Origin: Naegleria gruberi
Taxonomy: Eukaryota
Strand: one strand, 5' to 3'
NCBI GenBank assembly: GCA_000004985.1
Contig: GG738869.1
DNA length: 64,000 nucleotides
Position numbers and translations under genes: made by a program. Each line of letters begins with the position of its first letter. The stretch's first letter is position 1. Shown here piece after piece: positions 12,301 through 22,385 of the stretch. The notes beneath the pieces are model-generated. The model searched no databases. It saw only the letters and a list, made by a program, of their open reading frames with translations, and was not told the origin of the DNA.

Positions 12301-12654
12301 GAAAGCCTGTCTTTAGAAAGAGTGATTATGGAAAATAATGCTTGGATACAACTCTTTGATGATGTCTTGACAACTTCTCCTACTCTTAGCTCAATAAGAA
12401 TTGTTGATTCAATTAATCAAACAACAATAGTTTCTTCCTTTGTTCATGCCTCAAAAATTAGAATTGGTCAATTGGATAAAATTGAACTCAAATTGAAAGG
12501 CTTCGGTGAAAAAGACAAGCTACTGATCAACTCACTGATTGAACAATTAATGTTACACGGTAATGCCAAGACTGTTATTGCTGATTGTAAATTCCTAAAT
12601 CCAAATCAATCAGGTGAAAAAGACAAATCCAAGAAATCTTGCATAGTCATGTAA
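9349..12654 (+). CDS. Large hypothetical protein: low-complexity N-terminus (poly-Q/S/T/N), F-box-like segment, C-terminal leucine-rich repeats
   Basis: A 1101-aa uninterrupted ORF with a verified ATG. It has homopolymer tracts (QQQQQQQ, SSSSS), an F-box-like segment (AFRLMDYCSLFEVSSLSRLNQEWLSF) and C-terminal LRR-like periodicity. Confidence 0.55.
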   Translation: MQNVNIYSSQRKYMNRQLSNNQISSMSQDKTNNTSTTTVGEPALLDSSPHHQQQQLEEELIPSSSSSTTSTTPPLLLSNHNHQNNKKEEQSLVATNYNTPINSSTPLENSSPSSSPSTTDATKSSSSPSNSPAKPKFNSKEKTPQEIYSELALGIAGSNFGYHQQQQQQQVGNNVRHSISIQQTTNRRGIAFELGRDDDDCSEGFNKKDLMDKADKRKSISIVSSLDIQQVNPISLHKKKKKNSPSSKQPSSNHPKGGLFMFFNNPRNSITKRFRASVSGKEMDDDLTKIQQEINDHERRRTLGTTSDEEVDEETKSFYNIIRNGVRRGSSKQLETPVNSGSFMVLDASPRIQSSDVTRTGPIQNVAMSLWTKVDSTIAFRLMDYCSLFEVSSLSRLNQEWLSFVKGYFSNHCDPENLRTCMLLLYFKLQGIFSNLRAEVSAEDRHLKSVYSVLLSHKHLLEQSLTNTSKNRISITTSRELGLGDLFLNTYLNNLFNIIPRVAYYTARKNERKVINFNEIQYSLTVEIFLRDETVVNTLDTYDIERYVQNYSGSFATQLIATSMAYFSVYYLKIENYTPATEPFELTEYTEAGTPEARRVTISGNTPTPNSKAGSFSSLKNLKLESNFEDTIEMFRSPRTPATPSSKNNSFIMDKGEFLIAKGSGTTKKRRESLASETGSVSSSISTPNINFNFIEIIPKDSSELGYLFLLEFFKILSKYIRRLTFSRKPHASERFRMDYFSTMSLSPNCETFSAFMTNEEDEFKKNSKKFKSVCNAIATSEALTCLVMGGKEWNQEDVNILFNSLSRAGDEIKRDNYKIDLILPCLLEISERCTKPKLRPSIFLPPPTSESLVSEINIAEIHESVTSPRIQTDSIQPSFVVSSSGDSQISNDFDEGIVRWPKHLKRVYLTDINENLIFHERWLNGSPEMTSLHFNFSLSSPINFDAICLCSNLRYLHISDCVLGNNKNTALNLINAIKKLDKLESLSLERVIMENNAWIQLFDDVLTTSPTLSSIRIVDSINQTTIVSSFVHASKIRIGQLDKIELKLKGFGEKDKLLINSLIEQLMLHGNAKTVIADCKFLNPNQSGEKDKSKKSCIVM

Positions 12655-12662
12655 AACATTAA

Positions 12663-13307
12663 TCATTTCATATCAATTCTATTACGCTCTTTTAAATAGT
12701 GATTTTCTGACTTAATTTCTCCACATACTGCAAAACAAGTTGCAAGAATAGCTGTTGAAATTGATCCAATTTCTAACATTGCCAACAAAACTTCATTAGG
12801 CAATTGCTCAGTCATCAAAGTATGAGGAAGTGTTTGAACAAATTCCAGTAAGCTTCTGGAATGATGAATTTGGATTTTAGTCTCATCAAAGAGTAATACA
12901 CCAGCGATTGCAATATTAACCACAACATCCAAACCATTTAAAACACTTGCAATGAAAAAAAGCTTACTTGCTTTTTTGGATTTTTCTGATTTGGATCTTT
13001 GATAATCAGCAAGACAACCTTGTAATGCTAAAATACCGCCAATCAAAGGCACTGATAGAATAATTCCTCGAGCAAATCTACTTGGAATTATCATACCCAT
13101 TCTCCACAATATTCTCAATCCAATAATTTCATACATTGATTCTTTCATTCGATGAAGAGGTTGCTTCTTATTATTTTGTTGATCATTTGTAAAATTAATA
13201 TTGGAAACTGAGAATTTTCTTTCTTTCGGAATCGTCCAGATAGTTAGTGCTGGATTTTTCTTTGAGATTAACCTATTAATAGGTATTAGGCATTTGAGTT
13301 TAATCAT
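12663..13307 (-). CDS. Hypothetical multi-pass membrane protein
   Basis: A 214-aa ORF with a verified ATG. There are several hydrophobic helices with G-rich motifs (GIILSVPLIGGILALQG). The 5' end lies only about 47 nt from the stop of the next gene. Confidence 0.45.
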   Translation of the reverse strand: MIKLKCLIPINRLISKKNPALTIWTIPKERKFSVSNINFTNDQQNNKKQPLHRMKESMYEIIGLRILWRMGMIIPSRFARGIILSVPLIGGILALQGCLADYQRSKSEKSKKASKLFFIASVLNGLDVVVNIAIAGVLLFDETKIQIHHSRSLLEFVQTLPHTLMTEQLPNEVLLAMLEIGSISTAILATCFAVCGEIKSENHYLKERNRIDMK

Positions 13308-13354
13308 TTTTTTAATCCAATTAATACACGTTATTACAAATTTACAATTTAAGT

Positions 13355-15019
13355 TTATTTCTTAGCAGGAGCACCAGCAGCTTTTGAAAGAGGAATATCT
13401 TGAGCTGCAGATCTCAATTTTTCTACAGTAAAATCAGTTGTCATTAACTTCCCTGTGTACTTATCTTGAATACCACTCTCTAACAACTCATGCAATTTCT
13501 TTTTTCTTATTAATTCGACTTTCTTTCTCTCGAGTTCCATCTTTCTCTTGAGTAATTCGCCTTCCTCAAGATATTCTCTTCTTTGTTTGTCTTTTTCTTC
13601 TTTAGTGTTATCCATTTGTTGCATCAGCTGTTGTTGAGTCTGAACTCGTCTCTTTTTCTCCTCTTCAGCCTTAAGCTTTTCCAATTCTTCGAGCTTCTTT
13701 TGGTGATCCACAATCCTCGAAAAATCTTCTCTGTCCTCTCTTGCAAGTTCAGCAATCTTATTTTCCTTTTCCATCTTTTGCTTTTGTCTTGTGCCATGAA
13801 GTTCTTGATTCATTTTAACTCTCTTTTCCTCTTCTTGCATTTTCTTTTTTCTGAATTCTCTTTCCAGAGCTTCTTGTGCTCGTTTAGCTCTCAGAGTATC
13901 CATTTCAGAAAGCTTGTCTTGTGCCTTTTCTTGGAGAGCTCTTAGACGAGCAACTTCTCTTTCCTTTTCTGCTCTTAATCGTTCTTGTTGATCCGTTATT
14001 TCTTGTTCTCTTCTTTCCTTTTCTGCAAGGTAGTCAGCAATTTGTCTATCTTCTTCAAGCTCAGCAAGTTTTAATCTTCTCTTCAGAGATATTTGTTCTG
14101 CATTCGCAAGAGCAATTTCTTCCATAAGTAACTTTTCTTGCTTCTTCTTTTCCTCTGCCTCCTTAATATCTTCGGATTTCATCTTTTGCATGTGATACAA
14201 CATTGCATCTTGTTCTTGTCTCTTTAACTCGAGTTCTCTCAGTCTTTCCTTTTCTCTTTCCTTCATTTGTTCTTTAATTACAAGTGATCCATTTCTTCTG
14301 TCTTCTTGTCTCTTTTTTTCTCTTTGTTCATACATTTTAATGGCCTTTAACCTTTCAAGTTCCATCAATTCATCAAGTCGTCTATCTTCCTCTTGTTTCT
14401 CATAGATAATTCTTTGTTTTTCCTCCAATTGCTTGTCTCTAATTGTGACACATTGAGAATACAAGGCCATACTATTCATCCTCTTGACTTCATCAATATT
14501 TTCATCCATTTGAGTGATAGCTTTTTCAAGGAGTTGTAATTGTTTTTCTTCATTTTCTACGTCAAGATCAGATTTTTTCATGTCTCCCTTAGATTTCTTT
14601 TCTCTATCAAGCTGTCTTATACGTTCCTTTCTTTCCATAGCTTCCAATGTTTCTTCCCTTTTTTTTCTTTCAGCTTCCCTTTGTTTTTCAAGAGGAGTTG
14701 CTTTTTCTTTCAGGGTCATAAATTCGGAAGCTGAAATAACGACAGCATCTGGCTGCTTTTTGACAGTTTGTAATGTCCTTTTATCCATTTTCATTGAGTT
14801 ATTTTGTTGTTGTTTTTGTTGTGGTTGGCCCCTTGCTGATGACTTGTTCGTACCAAACAAGTTTTCATCCACAGTAGCCGTATCAGCAACTTTTCTATAG
14901 GTTGATCTTGCGTGAGATCCTGCACTAGATATCGAAGCATTAGATGATGGCTAATATAATAATATCAATTAAAATCAAATATCAGGTTAGAATACTTTGA
15001 GGGTAAGGCAACGTACCAT
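13355..15019 (-). CDS. CFAP45: Cilia- and flagella-associated protein 45 (CFAP45/CCDC19)-like coiled-coil protein, 2 exons: 15017..15019 (ATG only) and 13355..14950
   Basis: E/K/R-rich coiled coil with a CFAP45-like segment (EKEREVARLRALQEKAQD...LRAKRAQEA). The ORF-track start at 14872 is GTG and the frame continues upstream to a TAG. The sequence aaaaaaaATG|GTACGT...TATTAG (66-nt intron, 14951..15016, with a CTAAC branch) supplies an ATG-only first exon in frame. Confidence 0.7.
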
Positions 15020-15214
15020 TTTTTTTGTTGGTTAAAAAACGACAAACTTAACTACGAAAAATATTTGGCGGGAGAAATTGTTTGAATGCATCCACTGGCT
15101 TTTACAAGTATTGACAGCTGGAGCCAATCTTATCAAAGTTTATTATAAGAATAGATTATAACGAGAACATTAGAATAGGTGGATGAAATCAATAAAATTG
15201 CCTTATTAAATAAT

Positions 15215-16875
15215 TTATTGTTCCATTTCTTCATCCTCAGGATCTTCTGAAAGATTAGATGGTTTAAAGATTGAATAGCCGTCAAGACTTGTTGTAATAA
15301 GCACATTTTGGAATTTTGGATGCCAGTGCACTTCCTTAATGTCAACTTGACCCATGTGTTCGAATAACAATTGTGGTGGGATTTCATTTCCGATTTCTTT
15401 TTCAATTTCTTCTTGTTCGGCATCTCTTTCGAGTGAGAGATCCCAAATTGTCACCTTATCAGAATCAGAAGCAGCCAATAACGTTGATTCAATTGGATTC
15501 CATTCTATTGATGTAATAGAATTCTTGTGATAAATAAATTGGCCAACTGGTTTCATAGGACTGCTATCAGAACATTGTCTGACGTCCCAAATACGAATAA
15601 CACCATCATCGTCACCACTTGCAATAAAGTAACTTGTGAGAGGATTCCAAGAAATAACGTTAACATCTGCCTTTTCACTAGCTTCAAAACTGAGAGCATG
15701 CTTTCTATTCTTTTTTCTTGTATCCCAGAATTTAATAGTTCTATCGCATGAACATGATGCAAACACACTGTCTTCACTTGGTGAGAATTGAAGATCCTCA
15801 ACACTTCCTGTATGTCCAACAAATGGTTTATCATAAATTCTCTTCCAAGTATGAACTCCACTATTTGTTTGCATATCCATAACGTTAATTTCACCATTAC
15901 AATCACCAGTAGCAAGTCTACCTTCCACACACTTCGACCAGTCCATAGCAAAACCTTCAGTAGTATGGAAATCGAAAGTTTGAATTGCCTTCTTACTCTT
16001 TGTAATAGATTTTAAGGAACTGGCCATATTTTCTTGTCTTAAAACTTGTGACATTTGTGTCAAGTCATAAATGTGAACCTTAGAGTCCTCACACCAAAAA
16101 CCAACAATATTTCTATTTTGTGGCATTGCTCTTACTCTATTAACATTACCAGTGATTGGAATAGTTTGGTATTCAAGTGATGGTTCATCATCCAAATTTT
16201 CATTATCATCATCTTCATCTTCAACGTCACTTTCATCTGAATCGTAACGTGTTTTGTACATATCGTAAGCTTTAATCATGTAACAATTCTTTTGAGGAAC
16301 AGTTTCATCAGTTTGCACACCCACAACAAAATAACATGACAATGGATAATTCATAGTATCGAGTGGTTGTGAAACAATATCAAAACTCAAAGCAGGCCAT
16401 TCATTTCTGATTTTGTAATTAATTTCGTAGGCCTTATTTTGAAAAGTTAATTCGAATTCTCCATCATTGTAATTCTCTCCAGGACGATAAATATCGGCTT
16501 TGGAATTTATACCTTCTCTATACTTTTCGGCTTCTTCCTCCTCTTCAATATATTGTTTTTCACTGTTTTGTACTTTCAAATTTAATTCATCCATCTTTTG
16601 ACGAAGTTCGGTTTCATCTCCTTCAAATTCATATTCACCTTCATCTTCATCAACGTAGTCTTCCGAATTTTCATCGTATTCATCTTCATATGGATCGCCT
16701 CTACACAAAATTTAATCATCATCATCTATGAAACTAAAAAAACCTACGCTGCATATTCGGCTCTATCTTCATGGTCTGATTCTTCATCAGATGAGTCAAG
16801 ATGTCTGACCACTCTCGATTCATTCTTACTTCCAGAAAAAGTGGCTACTTTACTTCTCTTCTTTGCGCCTGGCAT
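15215..16875 (-). CDS. GRWD1: Glutamate-rich WD-repeat protein GRWD1/Rrb1, 2 exons: 16748..16875 and 15215..16700
   Basis: WD40 propeller with an acidic N-terminus, matching GRWD1. The ORF-track start at 16708 is TTG with an in-frame TAA upstream. An upstream exon (aaaaATGCCAGGCGCAAAG...GCAGC|GTAGGT) is joined by a 47-nt intron (16701..16747), phase 2, giving ...AEYAAGDPYEDEY.... Confidence 0.8.
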
Positions 16876-17004
16876 TTTTTATTGTCTTGTTGACTTCAAC
16901 AATTTTTTTCAAACTTTCATCAACAAGGCTTGTTGGAAAAGTGAAGTAAAATGTTGAACAAGAATAAAAATTTAAAAAAATTGAAAACACTTTAAATTCA
17001 AAAA

Positions 17005-18012
17005 ATGGTGACTACCAATAACAACAAGGAAACATCGGTCGCTTCAACAGAGAAGAAGCCAGTTGCTGTGACTACCAACAAGATTAGACAAAAGTTAAAG
17101 CAAATGAACAAACAAACAAAATCAACGGTTACAAATAGTGATAGTACCAATTCTAAATTCCACAACAAACAAAGAACTTTGATTTTATCTTCACGAGGTA
17201 TTCATGCTAAACATAGACATTTATTGAAGGATCTTCGTACCTTGTTACCTCACACTAAAACCGAAAGTAAATTCTCTAAAGAAGGAATAGATGAAGGAGA
17301 TTTGGTTAAAAAACTTCACAGACTTCAAAAGATTGACCACATTGCTGCTGCTTTGAAATGTCCAAATATTTTGTACTTTGAAGTTGATAAGGAATCAGCA
17401 GATACAGAATTGTTTTTATGGATGTCAAAGACTTCAACTGGACCTTCTATGAGATTTAAAGTTGAAAATATCAGTACTATGAATGAATTGAATCTTATCG
17501 GAAATTGTTTGAAATATTCAAGACCATTATTACATTTCGACAAAACATTTGACAATATTGAAGGCGAAGATAAGCTTACTCATCTCCCATTGATTAAGGA
17601 ATTATTAACACAAACTTTCTCTACACCACTTAATCATCCAAAATCAAAACCATTCTTTGATCACATGTTTGCTTTCTATTATTTGGATGGAAGAGTTTGG
17701 TTCAGAAATTATCAAATTGTTACAAAACAATCAAGCCAAGGAGTTGCATTGACTGGTTCCCAAAAACATGAATATTCTCTTGTTGAAATTGGACCTAGAT
17801 TTGTTCTCAAGTTGACTAAGATTCTCAATGGTTCTTTCGATGGTAGAGTTATTTTCAATAGTGATTCACACTTTGTTTCAAAGGCTGAAGTTCAAAGATT
17901 GGAAAGCATTAAACTTGACCTCGACAAGCAAAAAAAGACTGAAAAACACAGAAAGTACTTAGAATTGAGAAAGCCAGCTGATGCTGATGAAGTGAGTTCT
18001 GTTTTCAATTAA
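17005..18012 (+). CDS. Brix-domain ribosome biogenesis protein (Brx1/Ssf1/Ppan-like)
   Basis: 335-aa ORF with a verified ATG. Brix-domain motifs are present (LILSSRGIHAKHRHLLKDL..., FEVDKE...). There is a possible GTGAGT donor near the 3' end, so the C-terminus is uncertain. Confidence 0.75.
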   Translation: MVTTNNNKETSVASTEKKPVAVTTNKIRQKLKQMNKQTKSTVTNSDSTNSKFHNKQRTLILSSRGIHAKHRHLLKDLRTLLPHTKTESKFSKEGIDEGDLVKKLHRLQKIDHIAAALKCPNILYFEVDKESADTELFLWMSKTSTGPSMRFKVENISTMNELNLIGNCLKYSRPLLHFDKTFDNIEGEDKLTHLPLIKELLTQTFSTPLNHPKSKPFFDHMFAFYYLDGRVWFRNYQIVTKQSSQGVALTGSQKHEYSLVEIGPRFVLKLTKILNGSFDGRVIFNSDSHFVSKAEVQRLESIKLDLDKQKKTEKHRKYLELRKPADADEVSSVFN

Positions 18013-19629
18013 AAGTTTTTTCAAAAAACTGCTGTACTGATTTTTTTCAATATTCCCTAAAGCTCCTCACCTAAAGCAATAATAAGGACTTTGTGAGCGG
18101 ATTTTGAATGATATTGGAGCAAAATTTGTCGTGCCCAACTCAATTTTCCATCACTACAAGATATTAATCACCGCGTTTCATTTTGCTTTTTGTAATAAAA
18201 GTTGTAAAGTTATGACGTTGGATAGCTTTATAGAAAAAAATACCATCACCAACTGACAAACCAAAAATTATTACCTCCCAACAATAATTAGTAACATCAC
18301 ATCCTACCTCGTCTCTTAGGTTGAGTTCTTTTATAAGAAAGTTCTTTTCATGTAGAGGTGTTTTATAATTATTCCAAAATTGAAGTAATTGTTTTACTAC
18401 GAGGTAAACTCACAACAAATTCTCAAGGAGATGATGTTGTGTTTTGGGATGTAATGTTTCTTATTATGTCAGAAAACATCTAGTAAGGAATGATTTATTT
18501 AGAAGAAGAACAACAACAATATTTAGAAGATATAAAACCATCACTGTGGGCTGATGATTTTCAGCAATAATTTAGAGAGACCAAACAAAAAATGATTTAA
18601 TATTGCAACATACAAACACACCACTTCAGCACCAACAGCAAGTAATCGTCTATGGAAAACTTCATCAAAGAGGGTCTCCTTTTTTTCATCACTAAATTCT
18701 ATTGATGAAGCATCATGACTATATCCGAGGATTGTGAAACAACAACCAACAGCAGGCTTTTACGATGATTCCGCACATTTGAATGAAGTATTAGTTTAGA
18801 TCAACTGGTACTGAAAAGGAGAAAAAGTATGCTGCTTGTTTGGCTCCTACCTCATCACTTGCTGTTGCTTTTTGTTATTTACTCCTGAATGCGTTGCTAT
18901 CTTATATATGATTGTGATGTGTTTAATTAATAAGTTGGAGTGGGAGCAGCAACAGGGTAATAAATGTAAGTACCTACGATTTATTTGAAATTTTACCTTA
19001 ATTCCATTTCATAATTGACACCATGGAACATTTAAGGTGAAATCTTCACCAAAATAATAATTTGAAATAGTCAGTTTTGGAAAATGATGTCAGAGAATTT
19101 GATATTTATGAGTGTAATCTTTTCACATTTCAATTTGGTTGGTGCTATACATTCCATCATCAAGACTTAAGGTCCTGCCATTAATTAGAAACTGTGATGC
19201 AAGAAATAGTAACTGTTGTTGATGGAACTGTTTTAGAAGATTTAGCAAGTATTAATGTTGTCTACACAACAGCAACTGTTGCCATCTAAATCCTTACAAC
19301 TCTGAAGGTGAATTCATTTTGAAATATGATCCTCCAAGGGAAACTATGTTCATTCTCACTGATTAAAAGCTGATTTTACCGTTTGATTTGAGTGTAGACA
19401 TTTACAATAGATGATTCTCTTACACATACAGAGGTGAAAGAGATGCACTGATGATGTTCTTTCAACTCTTCAGTTTTGACTCAAGTCAAATTGTCTATTC
19501 AGTGGAAGGTATGGATGAGTTATCTATATAGTAGACACTTATAACTTTAGAATTAGAAAGCTATCAATTACCAATAAGACTATCATATTTATTACTTATC
19601 GGTGGACAAGAAGAAGGAAAACTTTGGAA

Positions 19630-20084
19630 ATGAATATTACTGATACTCTTGCTCAACCAACAGGACTTGCTTTTTTCAGAATTCTGAACATGCTTCAATT
19701 AACACCATTCCATATACATTGCCTACAAGTTTTACATCAAGATTGTCAATGATCTTACAATAATTGCAAGATCTAGTGCTCCACCAACTCCAGGTCTGAG
19801 TTAGCAGCTCCTGTTCCTACTCTCAATACAACTATTGCCCCAACAAGTATTGCAGTTGGTGAGGATGGAAAAGTAACACACCCTCAAAATGTTAACACCT
19901 GCTCCAACCTGAACAATTTTTGTCGTGGCTAATACTGGATAATATCGGTCCTATTGAGGATGATGGCTTGGCTATTAGTTCTTCATTTATTACTGTTTCC
20001 TCTGAGGAGATTATTCTTGCTGATTGTATGAACAATAGAATTAGAAAGATTTGTGGAGAGGGAGTCATTACTACCAGTGGCTAA
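19630..20084 (+). pseudogene. Decayed NHL-repeat gene fragment, paralogous to the receptor kinase at 30615
   Basis: Translation of 19941..20084 gives NIGPIEDDGLAISSSFITVSSEEIILADCMNNRIRKICGEGVITTSG*. This matches the NHL unit of the 31097-exon (IYFADSGNNRIRKIVNGTINTVAG). Upstream frames are broken by stops and no intact ORF remains. Confidence 0.35.
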
Positions 20085-21329
20085 TGCCTATGACTAAGAG
20101 AGATGTTTGAAAGTAATTGACCTAACCTTTCATTTTGCGTATTGTATGGAATGAAATGTCTCTAGTCAAAGAAGTGTTTTTGAGAATTGTGAATAGTGCT
20201 TCAGTGATCGTTTGGGCTCTTGTTGATGGTAAGGAAATGAGTAGAGATATCAAAAAGATTGCATATGATTTTGCCTTCTTTACTATTGATGTTTCACAAG
20301 TTTGCCAAGGAATTGTAGTCATTCAAGTTATGTTAATATTCGTAAAAAAATTGAGAAAATGACTCTTTGCCACCTTGCTGATTTTCGAAGTGGTTTCTCA
20401 GCACCAAACTTTCACATCATCATCTAAACATCAATTTAGTAGTAATATAGTAATTTTTATTGGAGTATTTTCTTCATTATTTTGGAATTTATCTTCATGA
20501 TGAAAAATCACAAGTTGATGAATCATCAGAACATTATTGTTGTTTTCCATCAATATAATAATTTTATTTGTGGAAATTAATATATAGTAATGAAATTACA
20601 CTAAAATCTTCATCACCGTTGGATTTAATGGAAAAGTTGGAAAACTATTAATGTGGCATTGTTGGAAATGGACAATAGTATGATATAAAACTTTGTTTGA
20701 TCACTTTTCATCAAGTATTGATAGAGATAGGTACATGTGAATTTTGAAAACTAACATGAACATTACTCCATGTGTACTTCAACCAACTTGAATACAATCT
20801 TATAGAACTACTAGTACTATTTAAATCACGAATAAACACCATATTCATCATCAAATATTCGTCATCTTGTCGATTACGGAATTTCATTCCACCAGTGTTG
20901 ATTCGGGCCCAACAACAAAATATTAACAATAAAACAATTACCAATACTATTGTTTACATGTTTTATGTTAAATGATCGTAACGATCATCAAGATCATCCT
21001 GTTTTTATTGCATTTCTCATGATAATCAGAAATGTCACAGAGAGTGCCACATATCCATTCTACTCTCAATAAATAATAGTTCCTTTTTACACATGTGCAA
21101 CTTTGCTTATAAACATGATGAATTCATATATTAAAGACTCCAAAGGCTAGTATAATCCTCAATGTGATGTCTAATAATACCATTACAACTTAAAGATAAT
21201 TATCTTATAATTTCATTGAATATGAATTGAATTTGTAAATTGACATAAAACAGTGGTTTATTGTAATTTGGTTTAAAAATAGCTTTCTAAAGCACCTTGT
21301 TGTATCTTGTTGTGACATTTACTAAAAAA

Positions 21330-22385
21330 ATGGCAAAAGCACCAGCACAAATTGTTATGGAGAACAAATTGCGGAAATCATTAACATTAAAACAATTCAT
21401 AGAATTATCCAAGTCTACAAGAAAAAGGAGATTAGATAATCTTCGTAAGAAATTCTTTAATTCAAATTTATTTAAATATTCTTGGAGTAAATGGCGAGAT
21501 GCTATTATCGGAACAAACAATTCAATCCAATATTTATTAAAACAAAGAAAAAACATAAAAAATAATTTATCAACATCTACAATTGATACAATAATTCAAC
21601 AATTAAAAGAGGAAAGGAACAAATCTACAAAAAAAGAATCCAAAAAAGATTTTGAAAAAAAAATTAATAATTTATTACAATCTAAAAATTTATTCAAAAT
21701 CAATGTTAATTTGATATTATGTAGTAATTTGGCTAATACTATTCAACTAATGTTTTTAAGAAATATACTTCCCGAAAATACCACTACTGAGGTAACCAAT
21801 ATATTGGATAAAATTAACCAAAGAAGATCAAAGGAAAATTATTATATAGGAAGTTGGGGAAAGAGTTCTTCTTTTCTATTTAAAACTAATGACACTATTT
21901 TTAATGAATTATCTTCTCAATTTATTAAAATTATTAATTTATTAAAAAATTATGTTTTGGAAATATTGAAATTTGGAAATAACAAGATGAGGAAATTCTT
22001 AGAAAAATACAATAGTAGTGATTTTTTATCAATTTATCCGACAGTGTGTTTTAATTTTTTGGATAAATCTGTAGATGAAAATAGAATTCTACATATTCAT
22101 CCGGATAAGGAAGACACTGGAACTAGTCTAATTTTTTACTTTGGAAAGTTTAAAGGTGGAGCAATCTCATTTCCTGAATTAAATTTTAAGCTTATGGTTC
22201 AATCAGCAGATGTTTTATTGTTTGATGGTAAGAATAATTTACATGCTGTTGAATCACTTCATGGTAAAGATGATGTTAGATATTCCGTTGTATTCTTTGC
22301 TCATAAAGCAGACTTGGGTAAAACTAGTTATCCCATGAATAGAGGAGAAGTTATGAAAGGTATTAAGAATAAAATCAATAATTAA
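21330..22385 (+). CDS. Tet/JBP-family 2OG-Fe(II) dioxygenase, Naegleria NgTet1-like 5-methylcytosine dioxygenase
   Basis: The ORF-track start at 21297 is TTG; the first ATG follows an A-run at 21330. The C-terminal half carries the catalytic signature HIHPDKED (HxD) ... LIFYFGKF ... VLLFDGKNNLHAVE (distal His) ... VRYSVVFFAHK (Arg). As I recall it, this aligns well with NgTet1 (HKD...SLFYFGNF...VLFFKGNEYKHVV...WRIGLVYFAHK). The gene is K/N/I-rich and Leu is mostly TTA. Confidence 0.7.
   Translation: MAKAPAQIVMENKLRKSLTLKQFIELSKSTRKRRLDNLRKKFFNSNLFKYSWSKWRDAIIGTNNSIQYLLKQRKNIKNNLSTSTIDTIIQQLKEERNKSTKKESKKDFEKKINNLLQSKNLFKINVNLILCSNLANTIQLMFLRNILPENTTTEVTNILDKINQRRSKENYYIGSWGKSSSFLFKTNDTIFNELSSQFIKIINLLKNYVLEILKFGNNKMRKFLEKYNSSDFLSIYPTVCFNFLDKSVDENRILHIHPDKEDTGTSLIFYFGKFKGGAISFPELNFKLMVQSADVLLFDGKNNLHAVESLHGKDDVRYSVVFFAHKADLGKTSYPMNRGEVMKGIKNKINN

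Noticed and set aside
13583-14900. Several + strand ORFs (13583..13945, 13921..14127, 14514..14900) inside the CFAP45 locus
   Set aside because: They are antisense to an E/K/R-rich coiled-coil gene. The reverse complement of GAA/AAG-rich sequence is a stop-free F/L/S-rich frame. These are artefacts.
16598-16957. 119-aa + strand ORF at the GRWD1 5' end
   Set aside because: It overlaps the antisense of GRWD1 exon 1 and its acidic region. It is F/I-rich low complexity and is an artefact.
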